Notes under the pieces: model-generated | What the model saw: only the letters and a program-made list of their open reading frames with translations | Told to the model about the DNA's origin: nothing | The model's database searches: none | Source: Malacoraja senta | Lineage: Eukaryota | NCBI GenBank assembly: GCA_038087875.1 | Contig: JAXLNO010000438.1 | Span: 310,001-374,000 of the forward strand | DNA length: 64,000 bases | Direction of reading: 5' to 3' | In this document: positions 38,225 through 51,226 of the stretch, piece after piece | How positions within the stretch are numbered: the first letter of the stretch is position 1 | Layout of the letters: every line of letters begins with the position of its first letter | Made by a program: the position numbers and the translations under genes

Positions 38225-39958
38225 CTCCGCATGGCCCGATTTTATCTTCTCCCCAAAATCCACAAACAGAATTGTCCTGGCAGACCCATTGTTTCTGCTT
38301 GTTCATGTCCCACCGAATTAATTTCCACATACCTCGACTCCATCCAATCCGCCCTGGTCCAATCCCTCCCTACCTATGTCCAAGACACCTCACATGCTCT
38401 GTCTCTGCAATGACTTCCGTTTACCAGGCCCTCACTCCCTCATCTTTACCATGGATGTCCAGTCACTCTACACCTCCTTCCCCCACCAGGAAGGTCTTAA
38501 AACCCTCCATTTCATCCTCAACTGCAGAACCAGCCAATTTCCGTCCATTAATATACTTCTCCACCTAGCAGAGTTGGTCCTTACCCTCAACAACTTCTCC
38601 TTCGACTCTCCCACTTCCTCCAAATCCAAGGCGTAGCTATGGACACTGGCATTGGCCCCAGCTATGCCTGCCTCTGCCTCTTTGTTCTAGGCATACACTG
38701 GCCCTATCCCCAAACTCTACCTCTGCTACATTGACGACTGCATCGGTGCTGCCTCCTGCACCCATGCAGAACTCACTGACTTCATCAACTTCATGACCAA
38801 TTTCCATCCTGCACTCAAATTCATCTCCCTACCATTTCTGGATCTCACAGTCTCCATCACAAGAGACAGACTATTGACTGACATCTACTACAAACCTACT
38901 GACTCCCATAGCTAGCTAGATTACACTTCTTCCCACCCTGCTTCCTGTAAAGACACTATTCCCTACTCCCAATTCCTCCGTCTACACTGCATCTGCGCCC
39001 AGGATGAGGTTTTCCATACTAGATCATCGGAGATGTCCTCATTCTTTAGGAAACGGGGCTTCCCCTCTTCAATTATAGATGAGGCTCTCACTAGGGTCTC
39101 CTCAATATCCCGCAGCTCCACTCTTACTCCCCCTCCCCCTCGCAACAAGGACAGTCCCCCTTTTCCTCACTTACCACCCCATCAGCAGTCGCATACAGCA
39201 TATAATCCTCCAACACTTTTGCCACCTCCAACAGGATCCCACTACGGGCCACGTCTTCCCATCTCCACCCCTTTCTACTTTCCGCAGAGACCGTTCCCTC
39301 CGCAACTCCCTGGTCAACTTGTCCCTTCCCACCCAAACCAGCCCCTCCCCAGGTACTTTCCCCCGCAACCGCAGGAGATGCAACACCTGTCCCTGTACCT
39401 CCCCCCTTGACTCCATCCAAGGACGCCAACAGTCCTTCCAGGTGAGGCAGAGGTTCACTTGCACCTCCTCCAACATCATCTACTGTATCCGTTGTTCCAG
39501 GTGTCAACTTCTGCACTTCAGGCACAGGCTCAGCGATCGTTTTGCTGCACACATCCGCTCAGTCCGCCTTAACCTACCTGATCTCCCGGTTGCTCAGTAC
39601 TTCAACTCCCCCTCCCATTCCCAATCTGATCTTTCCGTCCTGGGCCTCCTCCATTGTCAGAGTGAGACCCAGCGCAAATTGGAGGTACAGCACCTCATAT
39701 TTCGCTTAGGTAGCTTACACCCAAGTGGTATGAACATTGATTTCTCTAACTTCAAATAGCTCTTGCTTTCCCTCTCTCCATCTCCTCCCCTTCCCAGTTC
39801 TCCCACCAGTCTTACTGTCCCCTGACATCAGTCTGAAGAAAGGTCTCGACACGAAACGTCGCCCATTCCTTCTCTCCAAAGGTGCTGCCTGTCCCGCTGA
39901 GTTACTCCAGCATTTTGTGTCTCCCTTCGATTTAAACCAGCATCTGCAGTTCTTTCCT
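38225..39958 (+). mobile_element. Penelope-like retroelement (RT plus GIY-YIG), 5'-truncated and frameshifted, with terminal repeat
   Basis: FYLLPKIHK..PGRPIVS, TMDVQSLYT, YIDD, YYKPT, IPYSQFLR, and SSNIIYCIRCSRC..RLSDRFAAH..VAQYFN. Confidence 0.9.
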
Positions 39959-42900
39959 GCAGATATGAGAGGTTGTGGCTGTTGAGGAGGGTACAGTTTT
40001 TTTCACTGTCACTGAAGTCCTTACTGCTAGGGGGTGGCCTAGTTGGAGATGCCATCACTGCTGGTAATAGCATATCAAGAGACTGGGAAACACAATGCAG
40101 TGAATGAAAGACTAGAATGCAATCAATTTTATTGGCCTTTCTCTCATGCATTTCAAAAATCTGCTTGGTAGTTTAACACGATAGCAAACACTTGAAGTAG
40201 ATAAACAAGTAGATAGAACTGCAGACACATGACCTGCTGAGTTACTCCAGCACCGTGTGTCTTTTTTTGTAAACACTTGAAGTACATGTTATATGAATGT
40301 GTTTATTGATGTACATTTTCCTTCATGTTATACACACTTTACAAAAAATAATATTGGTTTCTTCAGCACAAATGCTTCCCTCAATTATTTTTTCTGCTGA
40401 AGTAGGTGCATATTTTGGAGAATATAGCAAAATAAAACTAAAACTATCCTCTGCATCGTTCTTGCATATGTAAGTTAATACATGTTAATTTGAAGAAAAG
40501 TAATTGATCAAAATATTAAATCTTCTTCCCTCTCAGCAAATTATATGGATAGGACAGTGTAGCTGGGACATGATGGTCGGTGTGGGAAAGTTGGGCCGAA
40601 GGACCCATTTCCACACTGCATCACTCGGACTCTAAATGCAGAATTTATTTGGATGTAAATTAATCTTGCAATGGGGGAAATGGAAACACTCACCATAATA
40701 TTCTTAACCAGAGTAGTCAATTCTATTCAAACAGCATGGTAATAAAAAAATAAAATATTATATTGAAGATAAACACAAAAAGTTGGAGTAACTCAGCGGG
40801 CCAGACAGCATCTCTGGAGAAAAGGAATAGGTGATGTTTCGGGTCGAGACCCTCTTCCGAGTCAGAGTCCGAAGAAGGGTCGAGACCCAAAACTTCACCT
40901 ACTCCTTTTCTCCAGAGATGCTGTCTGATGCACTGAGTTACTCCAGCTTTTTGTGTCTATCTTCGGTTTAAACCAACATATGCAGCTCCTTCCCATAAAA
41001 TATTATATTGTTTGTATTTATATTTTAAAACATTGCACTGCAGTTGATTTGATAGGATGCAATCCTGAAGCATTACAATACAAAAGTTCACCACAACATT
41101 TGGGAATTACAGCTTTGAAATGAAGATAGGCTCTGTAGCGTGAAATTAGGCTTCGGACCCATCGTTAAAACAACGTTCATTGCTGCATTTCTCTGGAGGT
41201 TCACAACATTGTAGCTTATCTGGTAAATCAAGGTGAGCAAATAAAGCACCACGTTCAAAGTTTGATTGGACAGTTATCTTCAAAGGGTGACAGCCATACA
41301 AACAGGAACATTTGTGGCCAAATTGGAGAACTGAGGGGAAACAAGATTAAAGAAAGAGCTGGAATAAATTCCACTAAGAATCTCTGCCTCCTAAAAATTA
41401 TAAAGCATTCTGCTGATTGAAATAGTTAGTTCCTGTGGGTAACTCTCTTTGAACAATACTGTTTTCTACTCCAGAAAAGTCCATTTGGCAAATTCATGTT
41501 TCATCAAATTCTGCACAGAAAGAAAGTAAAACATGATTTGAAAGGTGCTTCCATGCATCATGGTATGAAAGGAAGTATTTTAGTACAAGTGACAACAGGC
41601 TCTAAATGGATCCTGTCCTGGTAAGACAAACTCATTTGAAAGTCTGGCTTAAGTCTGCAAATTTTGGATAGCAAGTTACCAAAACTTGAACTTGTCTTTC
41701 TTACTCCAAGACACCAAAGGGTGCAGCAAATGTTGACTAGACTCAAGTTTTCAGAATGGGCTCCTTGCAACCACTTCCACTGGATATATGAAGTGGGCAG
41801 GGTGACATACAGCAGCTTGAAGCAGAATGACTCAGCCGAGAGGGGCAGATTCTCAATGGCACAATGGAGGAAGGATTCCCACAACCACAGTGAGTAGATA
41901 GTGAGCCAGAATGTGGTGGAGATAGTGGTCTCTCCAACAATTCCTTGCCCTCTCTCTTTATCTTACTCTCGAGTTTGATAATCTCGTATTGATGTTGATG
42001 GTGAGACCTAGTCTCTGCCAAATTGTGGAACATGCAGCATGTCACCATGAATCCGCAAGCCCAGTCCTCAATCTTCCTTTCTTCTGGACTAGAGCAACTT
42101 CTAATAATATGTTGCTGGCAAAGCATTCCCTTTTCCCTCGTGACTTAAAATATGACAATTAGAACACATAGCATTTACAGTTTACAGGCTTCAGGAGATA
42201 TTGGAATATATGCCGAGGATACTGGTGAAATCGTAACAAAATGCCACTCAACGTCTCCCAATGTGTCTCAAAGCTTGACTAGATTTGCAGCAACGTATAA
42301 GAGGTGATAGATTTTTCTATCAGTAGTGAAATGTTTACTCCCAGTCAGCTAGTCACTCATAGGAGAGGTCACCAAGTGTTAAACACCAAAGTTTCAGGCA
42401 GTCTCCTTGCTGTACAATGGCAGCAGTTAGATGGTAAATGGCAATTAAATGATCCTCCAGATGACTGTACCCAGGACCCCATCCCTTCCACTTCAAAGCA
42501 TATTTAGTGCTTATAGGATTTGAAGGAAATCAGCCTCAGCATATCCCAAAGTGCTTTAATTAATGATTTTAAATTACCCTACCAAGTTTTATCCAAGAAA
42601 GATTGTAATTTTTATCCCCTTCCACAACACTAAAATAACGTCATTCTATTTTATCAATGCTCTTGTCCCAAAGATTAACAATGGGTAGGAAACAGTCATA
42701 CACAGAAAAATGCCTTTTGGTCCAACTCATCCTTGCTAACCACAGTGCCCATCTATGCTGGTCCCATTTGCCCATGTTTAACCCACATTCCTCTAAACCT
42801 TTCCTATCCACACCCCTGTCCAAATGTGTTTTAAATGCTGTTATAGTATCTGCCTTAACCACTTCCTTTGGCAGCTTGTTCCCTATATGTACCACCCTTT

Positions 42901-45375
42901 GTGGGTAAAAGGCTGCCCCTCAGGTTCCTATTAAATCTTTCCCCTTATCTTAAATCTATGCCCTCTAGTTCTCAATTCCCCAATCCTGGGGAAAATACCA
43001 TACACACTCACCTTATCTATGCCCCTATAAGTTCATGAGATCAAAGGGGACGAACATCAAGGAAAATGTAGAATAGATCATTGTTAGCTAGGGGAAGCCG
43101 ACAACAAGGCATAGAAAGATAAAATTTAATCAGGGGGACAGTCAAACTAGTCGGAGAACTAGGATGGGAGAGGGATGGAGAGAGAGGGAAAGCATGGGTC
43201 ACTTGAAGTTAGATGGAATGGAATAGATTGTTTTCATGCTTCACTCTGGAAATCAATGCTCAATTGCATAAATCTGAAATTAAAGTCTTACAATTGAATT
43301 TCAAACAGTAATCAAGACCGACACTTCAGGGCAGCAAACAATTGCTATATTGTCAACTGCACAGTTTGGATGAGGAATGAATTACATATTCTGTTGTGCT
43401 GCAGCAAGTGAGAATTTCATTGCTCTATCTGGGACATATGACAATAAAACACTAGACTCTCTCTTGACTCTTAATCAGTCTGCCCTCTCAGTGCATGCTA
43501 GTGCTCCACAATGCTTTGGAAAGGTGGTCGATGATGTTCTTCTACTGTCCTGACCAGCATTTATCTGAAAACAGACAGCTAAAAAAACATGCAATTTGGT
43601 GACTAGTTTCATGTTTATGTGTGACTCCAAGGGTTTTCGTGGTCTACTCACTGTTTATCTGTTGACCTTATCTGTTCATTGTGACATGTTCGGTGATCTT
43701 ATCACCCGAGTCATGTGTAATACAAATATTTTTTGTAATTTCATGAAATATTGAGGGGAACCGCTAGACATTATTGCTGGTTACACCAGATATGATCACA
43801 TATATTTTCATTTCTTAAAATAGGACTGAATTTTAAGAATTAGTACAATTTTTTTCATTATGGGCACCTTAACTTTCCCCACAGATAGAAATCCAATGCA
43901 AATTGCCCCTTCATTTCATGACTCAATTGTGTCTAGACTCCAACAGTATTACCTTGATCTCTGTACCAGTTGTACTGAACGTTAAACTCACTAACTAATG
44001 TATTAACCTTGGCTCTGTGGTAGTATTCCTAACCAGATGGCCATGAGTCAAACTCTACCACAGCTACTCCAGCACAATGTTTGATGTGCTGGATTATGAA
44101 GGATGTCAAATTCATATATTGATTTTAACCAAATAATAGTATTTCTCAATTAAGGGTGTATATAATCCATTTGTACAAAACTTGCTTGTGCATGCAAAAC
44201 TCTTGTGATGGACGTCTGAAACAGGGCTTAACTAGAGGGTTGATAGCGATTGAAGTGGGCAAACTTTACCTGGTCCATTATGGTGGAGTTCCAGGTTGCT
44301 ACCATCTTCCAGGTAGACTCTTCATTGAGTAGTTTTCTTGGTTTTCATGCCCATCTTCTCCCAACTCTATTTCAGGGTTTAGATTTCTCTCACAACCAAT
44401 ATTAGAACAACATGACCTGGTCACTTACTTAGTTGCTATTTGTGAGAACGGTGATCTAAACAACGTGGAATTTATTTCCAACATTAACAGTGATTACAAG
44501 CCAAAACGTCTTTAGACAAAGGACACTTTAGAATGTAAGAGCTTTCTCAAAAGAAAATTTTCATGGTAACCAAGGGCACAAGACAAAAATCTGTCCCACA
44601 TTCCACTATAATCTGTAGGCAATTTTCTCATTCGGAAAAACGGGTGACAAAAAGCAGATGGCTCTCACCCTTTACGCCTTGCTACACTTCCATTGTCACA
44701 ATTCTGCCCAGATGCATAAAGTGCCTGTTTATATCTTTGCCATTTATTGGAAAATGTGTCCAACATTTGAGAATTTCAGAAGATATTTGCTTGGTTCTAC
44801 AGAAGTGAATATCTATGCCCCTGGAGAGAAACACAGGAGGTATTTAGTGACATTAATATCCCATGGTTCCCTCAGATGGTAATACATCAGCCAATCGTTA
44901 ATTTGTTGCAACATTCCAGTTTTCATGTAACCTAGTCCATGGTTCTAATGTAACAGACCAAAGCTATTTAAAGACCAATGTCGTAAAAAGGGCAAGGAAT
45001 CCCCTGCTAAATATACCATGGATATTGATGTTTACTGCATGAAAAGACTAATCAGAGGTGAAATCAAAACGGTAAGCTTTTCTACTGGCTTGTAAACAGT
45101 GGATCACAAGTTACTTTGATCCTTGGATCAAAGCCAGCAGGCAGTTCAAAGTACAGCAGCATGGAAAATACCAAATTCACATTATGTTAAATATGCACGT
45201 TACTCCCAGAAATTCCACCAATGTTATCTTGCCATGCAGCTTTAAAAAAAATCTATTGGTAGGGTAAATAATGTAGCTTTTGAAAACTGCTGTCAAGTAG
45301 GATTGACTTTATAATTTATATCATGCATCGCAGAACGCCTTCAAAAAGCACCCAAAGATATCAATTCTAAATTAT

Positions 45376-45677
45376 TTTAGTTTAGTTTAAAAATACAGCA
45401 TGGAAACAGGCCCTTCAGCCACAGAGTCCACAGCGATCACCTTCTACACTAACACTATCCCACACACTTGGGACAATTTACAATTTTATTAAATTGAAGC
45501 CAAAGTAACCTACTAACCTGCATGTCTTTCGAGTGGGAGGAAACTAGAGCACCTGGGGAAAGCCCACACGGTCACGGGGAGAACGTATAAATTCATACAG
45601 ACAGCACCTATAGTCAGGTTCGAACCCAGGTGTCTGGCGCTGTAAGGCAGTAACTCTACTGCTGTGCCACTGTGCCT
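45376..45677 (-). mobile_element. HE1-like V-SINE
   Basis: Reverse-complement family match. Confidence 0.83.
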
Positions 45678-46321
45678 CCCTCTTTAATTTCCTCTGAATA
45701 TTCCCTAATTCAATTTCCCTCCAAGAACTACTTATTGACAAAGTGTTAGCAATAACTGTATTACTTGTCTAAAAAATTGCAAATAGTTCTAGTTCAGTTA
45801 AAATATTTTGAGCGTATAAATTTCAAAACCATCAGCAGACTTTTGTTGTGCAAATGGATAAAGTGAAATAGAGCAAAAAAGTGGTTAAAGTTTAAATACA
45901 GTCCAGCCTCAACATAATGCAATGATTGAACAGACTTAAGGGTTTGAAAGGCATATTCAAAATGGCATATTCCAGTTCTTATTTATCAGGGAGATGATTA
46001 AAGATGGAGTTGGGGGGAGGGGATTGTTATGGAGAGAATTGGTGTGGTAGCATTGGGAGTCATTGGATCACAACAGGTGACCATGGCTATCAGGAAAAAG
46101 AGTTGTGAGAGGATGGGCATGAAAACCAAGACCCAGTCTTTCAAAGGAAATCAAATCTACATGGAAGATGCAGCAACCTTAACTCTACCATAATAGACCA
46201 GATAAAATGTTCCCACTTCAACCGCCATCAGCCCTCTGGTTAACCCCTTCTTCAGACTTCTGACACAAAGGTTTTGCGTGCACACACAAATTTTGTACAA
46301 AATAATTCAAAATATACATGA

Positions 46322-47445
46322 GGCAGTCACGGTGGCGCAGCGGATTAGATCCGGGTTCGATCCTGATTACGGTTGCTGTCTATACGGAGTTTGTACAATC
46401 AATCAATCAGATTTATTCATCACATACACAATAAATGCAGTGAAATGAACTTGCCAGCAGCGGTACAATAAAAAAAAGAACACACAATACACAATAAAAA
46501 CTTAACACAAACATCCATCACAGCATTCTTCACTGTGGTGGAAGGCACAATGTATAGTCAGTCCTCCTCCATTGTTCCTCTGTGGTCGGGGTCATAATCT
46601 CCGCAGTCGCCGCTGCGGGCAGTCAGATGTACAGGCCCTCTCGTCTGGAAGGTAAGTCCCAAATCGATGCTTCCCTACCGGAGACCGCGGCTTCAGGATG
46701 ACGTAGGCTGCAGGGTTGGAGCTCTTCTCCAGGGACTCCCGGTGAGGGATCCCGCTCCAGATGGTAAGTAAGTAAGTCAGTCCCCGCCACACCCACGGCT
46801 AGAAGCACCTCAGTCCGCGGCTTCAAGGTGTTATAGGCCGCGGGCCGGCGGGTCAGAGCTCTTCTTCTGCGGGGGTCTGCAACGAGGGATCCCAGGCTCC
46901 GGACGCCGCACCCACGGCTAGAAGCACCGCAGTTCGCGACATCAGACTGAACAGTCGGAAAACGTCCACACTGCGCCCGCTTCTGAAGCTCTGGGCCCGA
47001 CTCCGGGAAAGGCCACACCAATCCTTGGTGTTAGGCTGCGAGGGAGGCGACATGGAAAAAGTCGCCTCTCCGTGGAGGAGGCGACCAAAAGCTGTTTCCC
47101 CCTTACCCCCCACACACAAGACACATCGAGAGACATTAAAACACACATTTAGACATACTAAAAGAAACCAAAAAAAAGTAGAAATGACTAACACGCTGCT
47201 GGCAGGGCAGCCGTCTCGCAGCACCCCCAGTGACCACCCCGTGACCCGCGTGGGTTTTCTCCGAGATCTTCGGTTTCCTCCCACATTCCAAAGACGTATA
47301 GGTTTGTAGGTTAATTGGCTTGGTAAATGTAAAAATTGTCCCTAGTGGGTGTAAGATAGTGTTAATGTGCGGGGATCGCTGGTCGGCGCGGACCCAGTGG
47401 GCTGAAGGGCCTTTTTCCGTGCTGTATCTATAAACTAAACTAAAA
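46322..47445 (+). mobile_element. HE1-like V-SINE split by a nested element
   Basis: Head at 46322-46397 (..gagtttgtac) resumes at 47237 (ccccgtgacc..). Confidence 0.8.
46398..47236 (-). mobile_element. GC-rich non-autonomous retroposon with (ATTG)n tail
   Basis: aatcaatcaatc tail; shares blocks with 55721-56678; internal repeats of cacccacggctagaagcacc. Confidence 0.65.
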
Positions 47446-47503
47446 TAAGAGTCCCCATGCATCAGTGCTTAATAAACAGAGAAGAACCATAGCAATTTTT
47501 TGA

Positions 47504-47703
47504 NNNNNNNNNNNNNNNNNNNNNNNNNNNNNNNNNNNNNNNNNNNNNNNNNNNNNNNNNNNNNNNNNNNNNNNNNNNNNNNNNNNNNNNNNNNNNNNNN
47601 NNNNNNNNNNNNNNNNNNNNNNNNNNNNNNNNNNNNNNNNNNNNNNNNNNNNNNNNNNNNNNNNNNNNNNNNNNNNNNNNNNNNNNNNNNNNNNNNNNNN
47701 NNN
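47504..47703. other. Assembly gap (200 N)
   Basis: Run of exactly 200 N, typical of a fixed-size scaffolding or curation join. Confidence 0.99.
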
Positions 47704-48068
47704 ATTTTGTGAGCCCCAAGAGCTAAATGTAACTCTCTTGAAAACATCCAGTGAATTGGCTTCCACTGCCTGCTGTGGCAGAGAATTCCACAGATTCACA
47801 ACTCTCTGGGTGAAGAAAGTTTGTCCTCATCTCAGTCCTAACTGGCCTACCCTTATTCTTAAACTGTGACCCCTGGTTCTGAACTCTCCCAACATCGGGA
47901 ACATTTTTCCTGCAGTTACAGTATGTGAAAATCTAGCAGGCAGGCAGGATGCTTTCTCCAACCACCCCCATTTGAAGGCCACTATCTTCCACCGTTTCTA
48001 CCCAGTGCTTGGTACCTACTTCCAGCAGCCACTGGTTATCCTCCAGGATGCACCGAGCCGCAGCCTGA

Positions 48069-48233
48069 AGGGCCTGTCCCTCTTAGGCAATCTCATGGGC
48101 GACTACAAGCGACAGTGGCAACTATTTTCGCTGTCGGAGGTTGTCATAGGTTGTCGCGAGGTGTCGTAGGTGAATGCTAGTAAAACTAGTCCCTGACAGT
48201 CGCCTAAAGAATCGCCTCAGTGGGACCTGTCCA
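48069..48233. mobile_element. Degenerate Harbinger-type MITE
   Basis: agggcctgtccctcttaggc...gcctcagtgggacctgtcca. Confidence 0.6.
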
Positions 48234-48491
48234 TAAGTGCGTGGGAATAGCGTAGATGAGGGGAGCTGTGTCACTCATTGTGAAGATCAGAGCCAGATGT
48301 CACCATGTCCTGGCACTCGGCCCTACACAGCCCTGCTAGCCGGAAAGGGTTCAGTTTAGAGATACAGCGCGGAAACAGGCCCTTCGGCCCACCGAGTCTG
48401 CACCGACCAGCGATCCCCGCACATTAACACGATCCTACACACACTAGGGACAATTTACACTTATACCAAGCCAATTAACCAGACCTCCAGT

Positions 48492-48519
48492 CTGAAGAAG
48501 GGTCTTGACCCGAAACGTC
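48492..48519 (+). ncRNA. Minimal type I hammerhead ribozyme-like motif in a Penelope-derived repeat (representative copy)
   Basis: CTGAAGA-A-GGGT(cttg)ACCC-GAAA-CG-TC: core boxes, stem II and palindromic ACGT in place of stem III. Stem I is weak. Similar copies at 17370-17398(-), 23700 and 39833. Confidence 0.6.
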
Positions 48520-50532
48520 ACCCAATCCTTCCCTCCAGAGATGCTGCCTGACCCGCTGAGTTACTCCAGCACATTGTGTCTATCGGTTTAAACCAGCATC
48601 TGCAGTTCCTTCCTACACGTGTACCTGTCCAAATGCCGTTTAAATGTCATTGTGGTAATTTCAAGTGTAGAATAAAGACAAGAGTGTTTAGTTGTCGCGT
48701 GCAGCGACATCCGAACAATGACATTCTCAGTTGCTGCACATTAACAGGCCGGTTAAAGCAACAACACACAGATACATGTAAATAGATAGATTTAGTTTAC
48801 TATTGCCACCTGTAGCAAGGTACAGGGTAAAACTTTTGTTGCGTGCTATCCGGTAAATGCAAGCAAGCCGCTCACAATGTACAGATAAAGGAGAACGGGC
48901 GCAACATATATAATCAATAATACAATTGATTAATAATCAGTAATATTGGGTATTCATCCTGGCATACCAGCGGAGGCCTAAGTATTAGCATTACATTTAA
49001 TGCCCCACAACGATGGAGACCCGGGTTCGATCCTGTTCTCGGGTGCTGTCTGTGTGGAGTTTGCATGTTCTCCCTGTTAATTGGTTCTCTGTAAATTACC
49101 CGCTATTGTGTAGGGAGTGAATGAGAAAGTGGGATAACATAGAACCATTGTGAACGGGTGATCGATGGTCGGCACAGACTCGAGGGGCCGAAGGGCCTGT
49201 TTCCACGCTGTATCTTTGAACCAATTATAATATTGAACAAATCAAGCTTTACCTATCGGATTTGAACATGAACAATATTATCCCAAGGTTGCAGAGTATT
49301 TGAATGACATTTACTGCATAATCCCTGAGGTTATTCTTTGTAAAGTGAAGGGCAAAGTTCATCTCTACAAGTTTCATTTTCTGAAGTTAAATTGTAGTTT
49401 ATATTTACCAACTTACCTTTGCTTATTTGTTCCCGCGATACATGAATTCAAGACTTACATTTAAAGATGAACAAAATATCAATTTAAAGACAGATATCAA
49501 CTAATTTCCCCGATTGAGTATGAATATCGATTTCTTTAACATCCCCTCTCTCTCCGTCCCTCCCCCACCCGACTACTACCTGGTACTAGCTGCAAAGTCG
49601 TCTTGTTGGGTCTCATTGTGTGAGAAAGAACTGCAAATGCTGGTTTAAAACCGAAGAGAGACACAAAATGCTGGAGCAACTCAGCGGGACAGGCAGCAAT
49701 CTCTGGAGAGAAGGAATGGGTGACTTTTCGGGTCGAGACCCTTCTAAAGATTTCGGGTAGTTCATGACCAGAAAAGTCACCCATTCCTTCTCTCCAGAGA
49801 TGCTGCCTGATCCATGCCGGTCACCGGGACGAATTCGGCACAGAGACTCTCACGCAACGGCGCAACGCTTCCGACTCGCCAGCCCCAGCAAACACTCGCC
49901 AGCCCCGGCAAACACTCGCCAGCCCGGCAAACACTCCCCCCTCTGCCCCCGCCGCTGCTTCTGCTTCCATCCCTTCCTCAGCCCCGGCTCTCAAACGCCC
50001 GCGGCCCATGCACTTAATATGAGTTTTGAAATTCTCGTTGATCACAGAATTTCTCACGGCAGAGCATGAGAAATTATTGATCAGCCAGAGGGCGTGAGAA
50101 TTTGTCCAAATGAGTGAGTCTCACGTTCAAAGCGTGAGAGTTGGCAGCCCTGGTTATGATCTCAGCCATAAATTTAGAGAAGTAATTTAGAAAATCCAGG
50201 AAATGTCTCAGTTTGGGGTGTTCTAAATGCTTTCCCCTCCATCGAGCAGCTGATTCAGTAATAGATAGAACAGGAAAGTGACGTTCTCATATCAGTCGCA
50301 GATGGTGCATAACAGGAAGTGAATTCATCTCATAATGTACCAGGAAGGTTTTGCGGTCTAATTGTTTATGCTGTATGATTGGGTTTCCCTGTAATTGGGG
50401 AAGTAAATAATACCATTTCATTCTTACTTTGAGAAAAAAAATCTCAAAATATAATAGCTAATGTTAGCTTTGAGGTGAAAGATGTTAAATACAATTTTGT
50501 CCAGATTAGCAGAACCTAACTTGGGAGTTCTT

Positions 50533-50942
50533 TGGCACAGTGGCACAGCGGTAGAGTTAAGAGCCTGTCCCACTTGGGCATCATTTGCGCGTCACGACTC
50601 ACGACGCGTGCGTCGTGACGCGTGGTGGCGTAGGCAGTGATGCGCAAATGACGCCCAAGTGGGACAGGCCCTTTACTGCCTTACAGCGCCAGAGACTCAG
50701 GTTTGATACTGACTACAGGTGATGTTTATTCAGAGTTTGTACGAACTCCCTGTGACCACAAGGGTTTTCTTCGGATGCTTTGGTTTCCTCCCACATTCCA
50801 AATATGTGCAGGTTTGTCGGTTAATTGGCTTCTCTAAATTGCCCCTTATGTGTAGGATAGAACTAGTGTACAGGTGATCGCTGGTCAATGCGGACTCAGT
50901 GGGCTGAAGGAGTTTGTTTCCACACTGTCTCTCTAAACTAAA
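50533..50942 (+). mobile_element. HE1-like V-SINE interrupted by a MITE
   Basis: SINE head gtagagTTActgcc is split at TTA. Confidence 0.83.
50560..50672. mobile_element. 113-bp PIF/Harbinger MITE
   Basis: TIR AG(A/G)GCCTGTCCCACTTGGGC..; TTA TSD at 50557-50559 and 50673-50675, confirmed by the empty-site sequence of the host SINE family. Confidence 0.9.
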
Positions 50943-50993
50943 CACAATGATCAACAAAATTTATTATACAAGCCATACATTTTTCTTCACCAG

Positions 50994-51226
50994 GTATCAG
51001 GATCGGGAAGGCTGGGCTCCTGCTTCATACTTGAAAAAGGCTTCAAATGATCCCTTGGGGCAGCAGATATCTTCAGGGCAATCTATCCATTCGAGTTCAT
51101 TGGACCTTGATGGAATTGGCAACCAACCGAGCTCTGCTAAAGAGATCAGAGAGATAGCATCAATATTTGACCAAAAAGAAGAAAAAAATGAATACCGAGG
51201 AGCAGCATGCATTGAATCAAAAGGCA
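50994..51226 (+). CDS. SH3PXD2B: SH3PXD2B exon: end of second SH3 domain plus linker (human exon 10 equivalent)
   Basis: ttttcttcaccag|G TAT CAG... reads YQDREGWAPASYLKK...LDLDGI...SKG, with donor gtaagt at 51227. Matches Tks4 YQGKEGWAPASYLKK...LDLDGV. Confidence 0.95.

Larger units (their letters stand above)
47704..50152 (-). mobile_element. hAT-like terminus, TDP2-like exon, intron and CR1 piece, copy 3; exon split by an insertion at 48069-49807
   Basis: 47710-48068 aligns with 963-1322 (donor GTAGGT at 48019-48014). 49811-50152 aligns with 1323-1673 and reads MEAEAAAGAEG... and, in another frame, LRESLCAEFVPVTGMDQAA. Ends gttggcagccctg. Confidence 0.72.

Noticed and set aside
47440..47799. 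ORFs spanning the N run
   Set aside because: Artefacts of the assembly gap.
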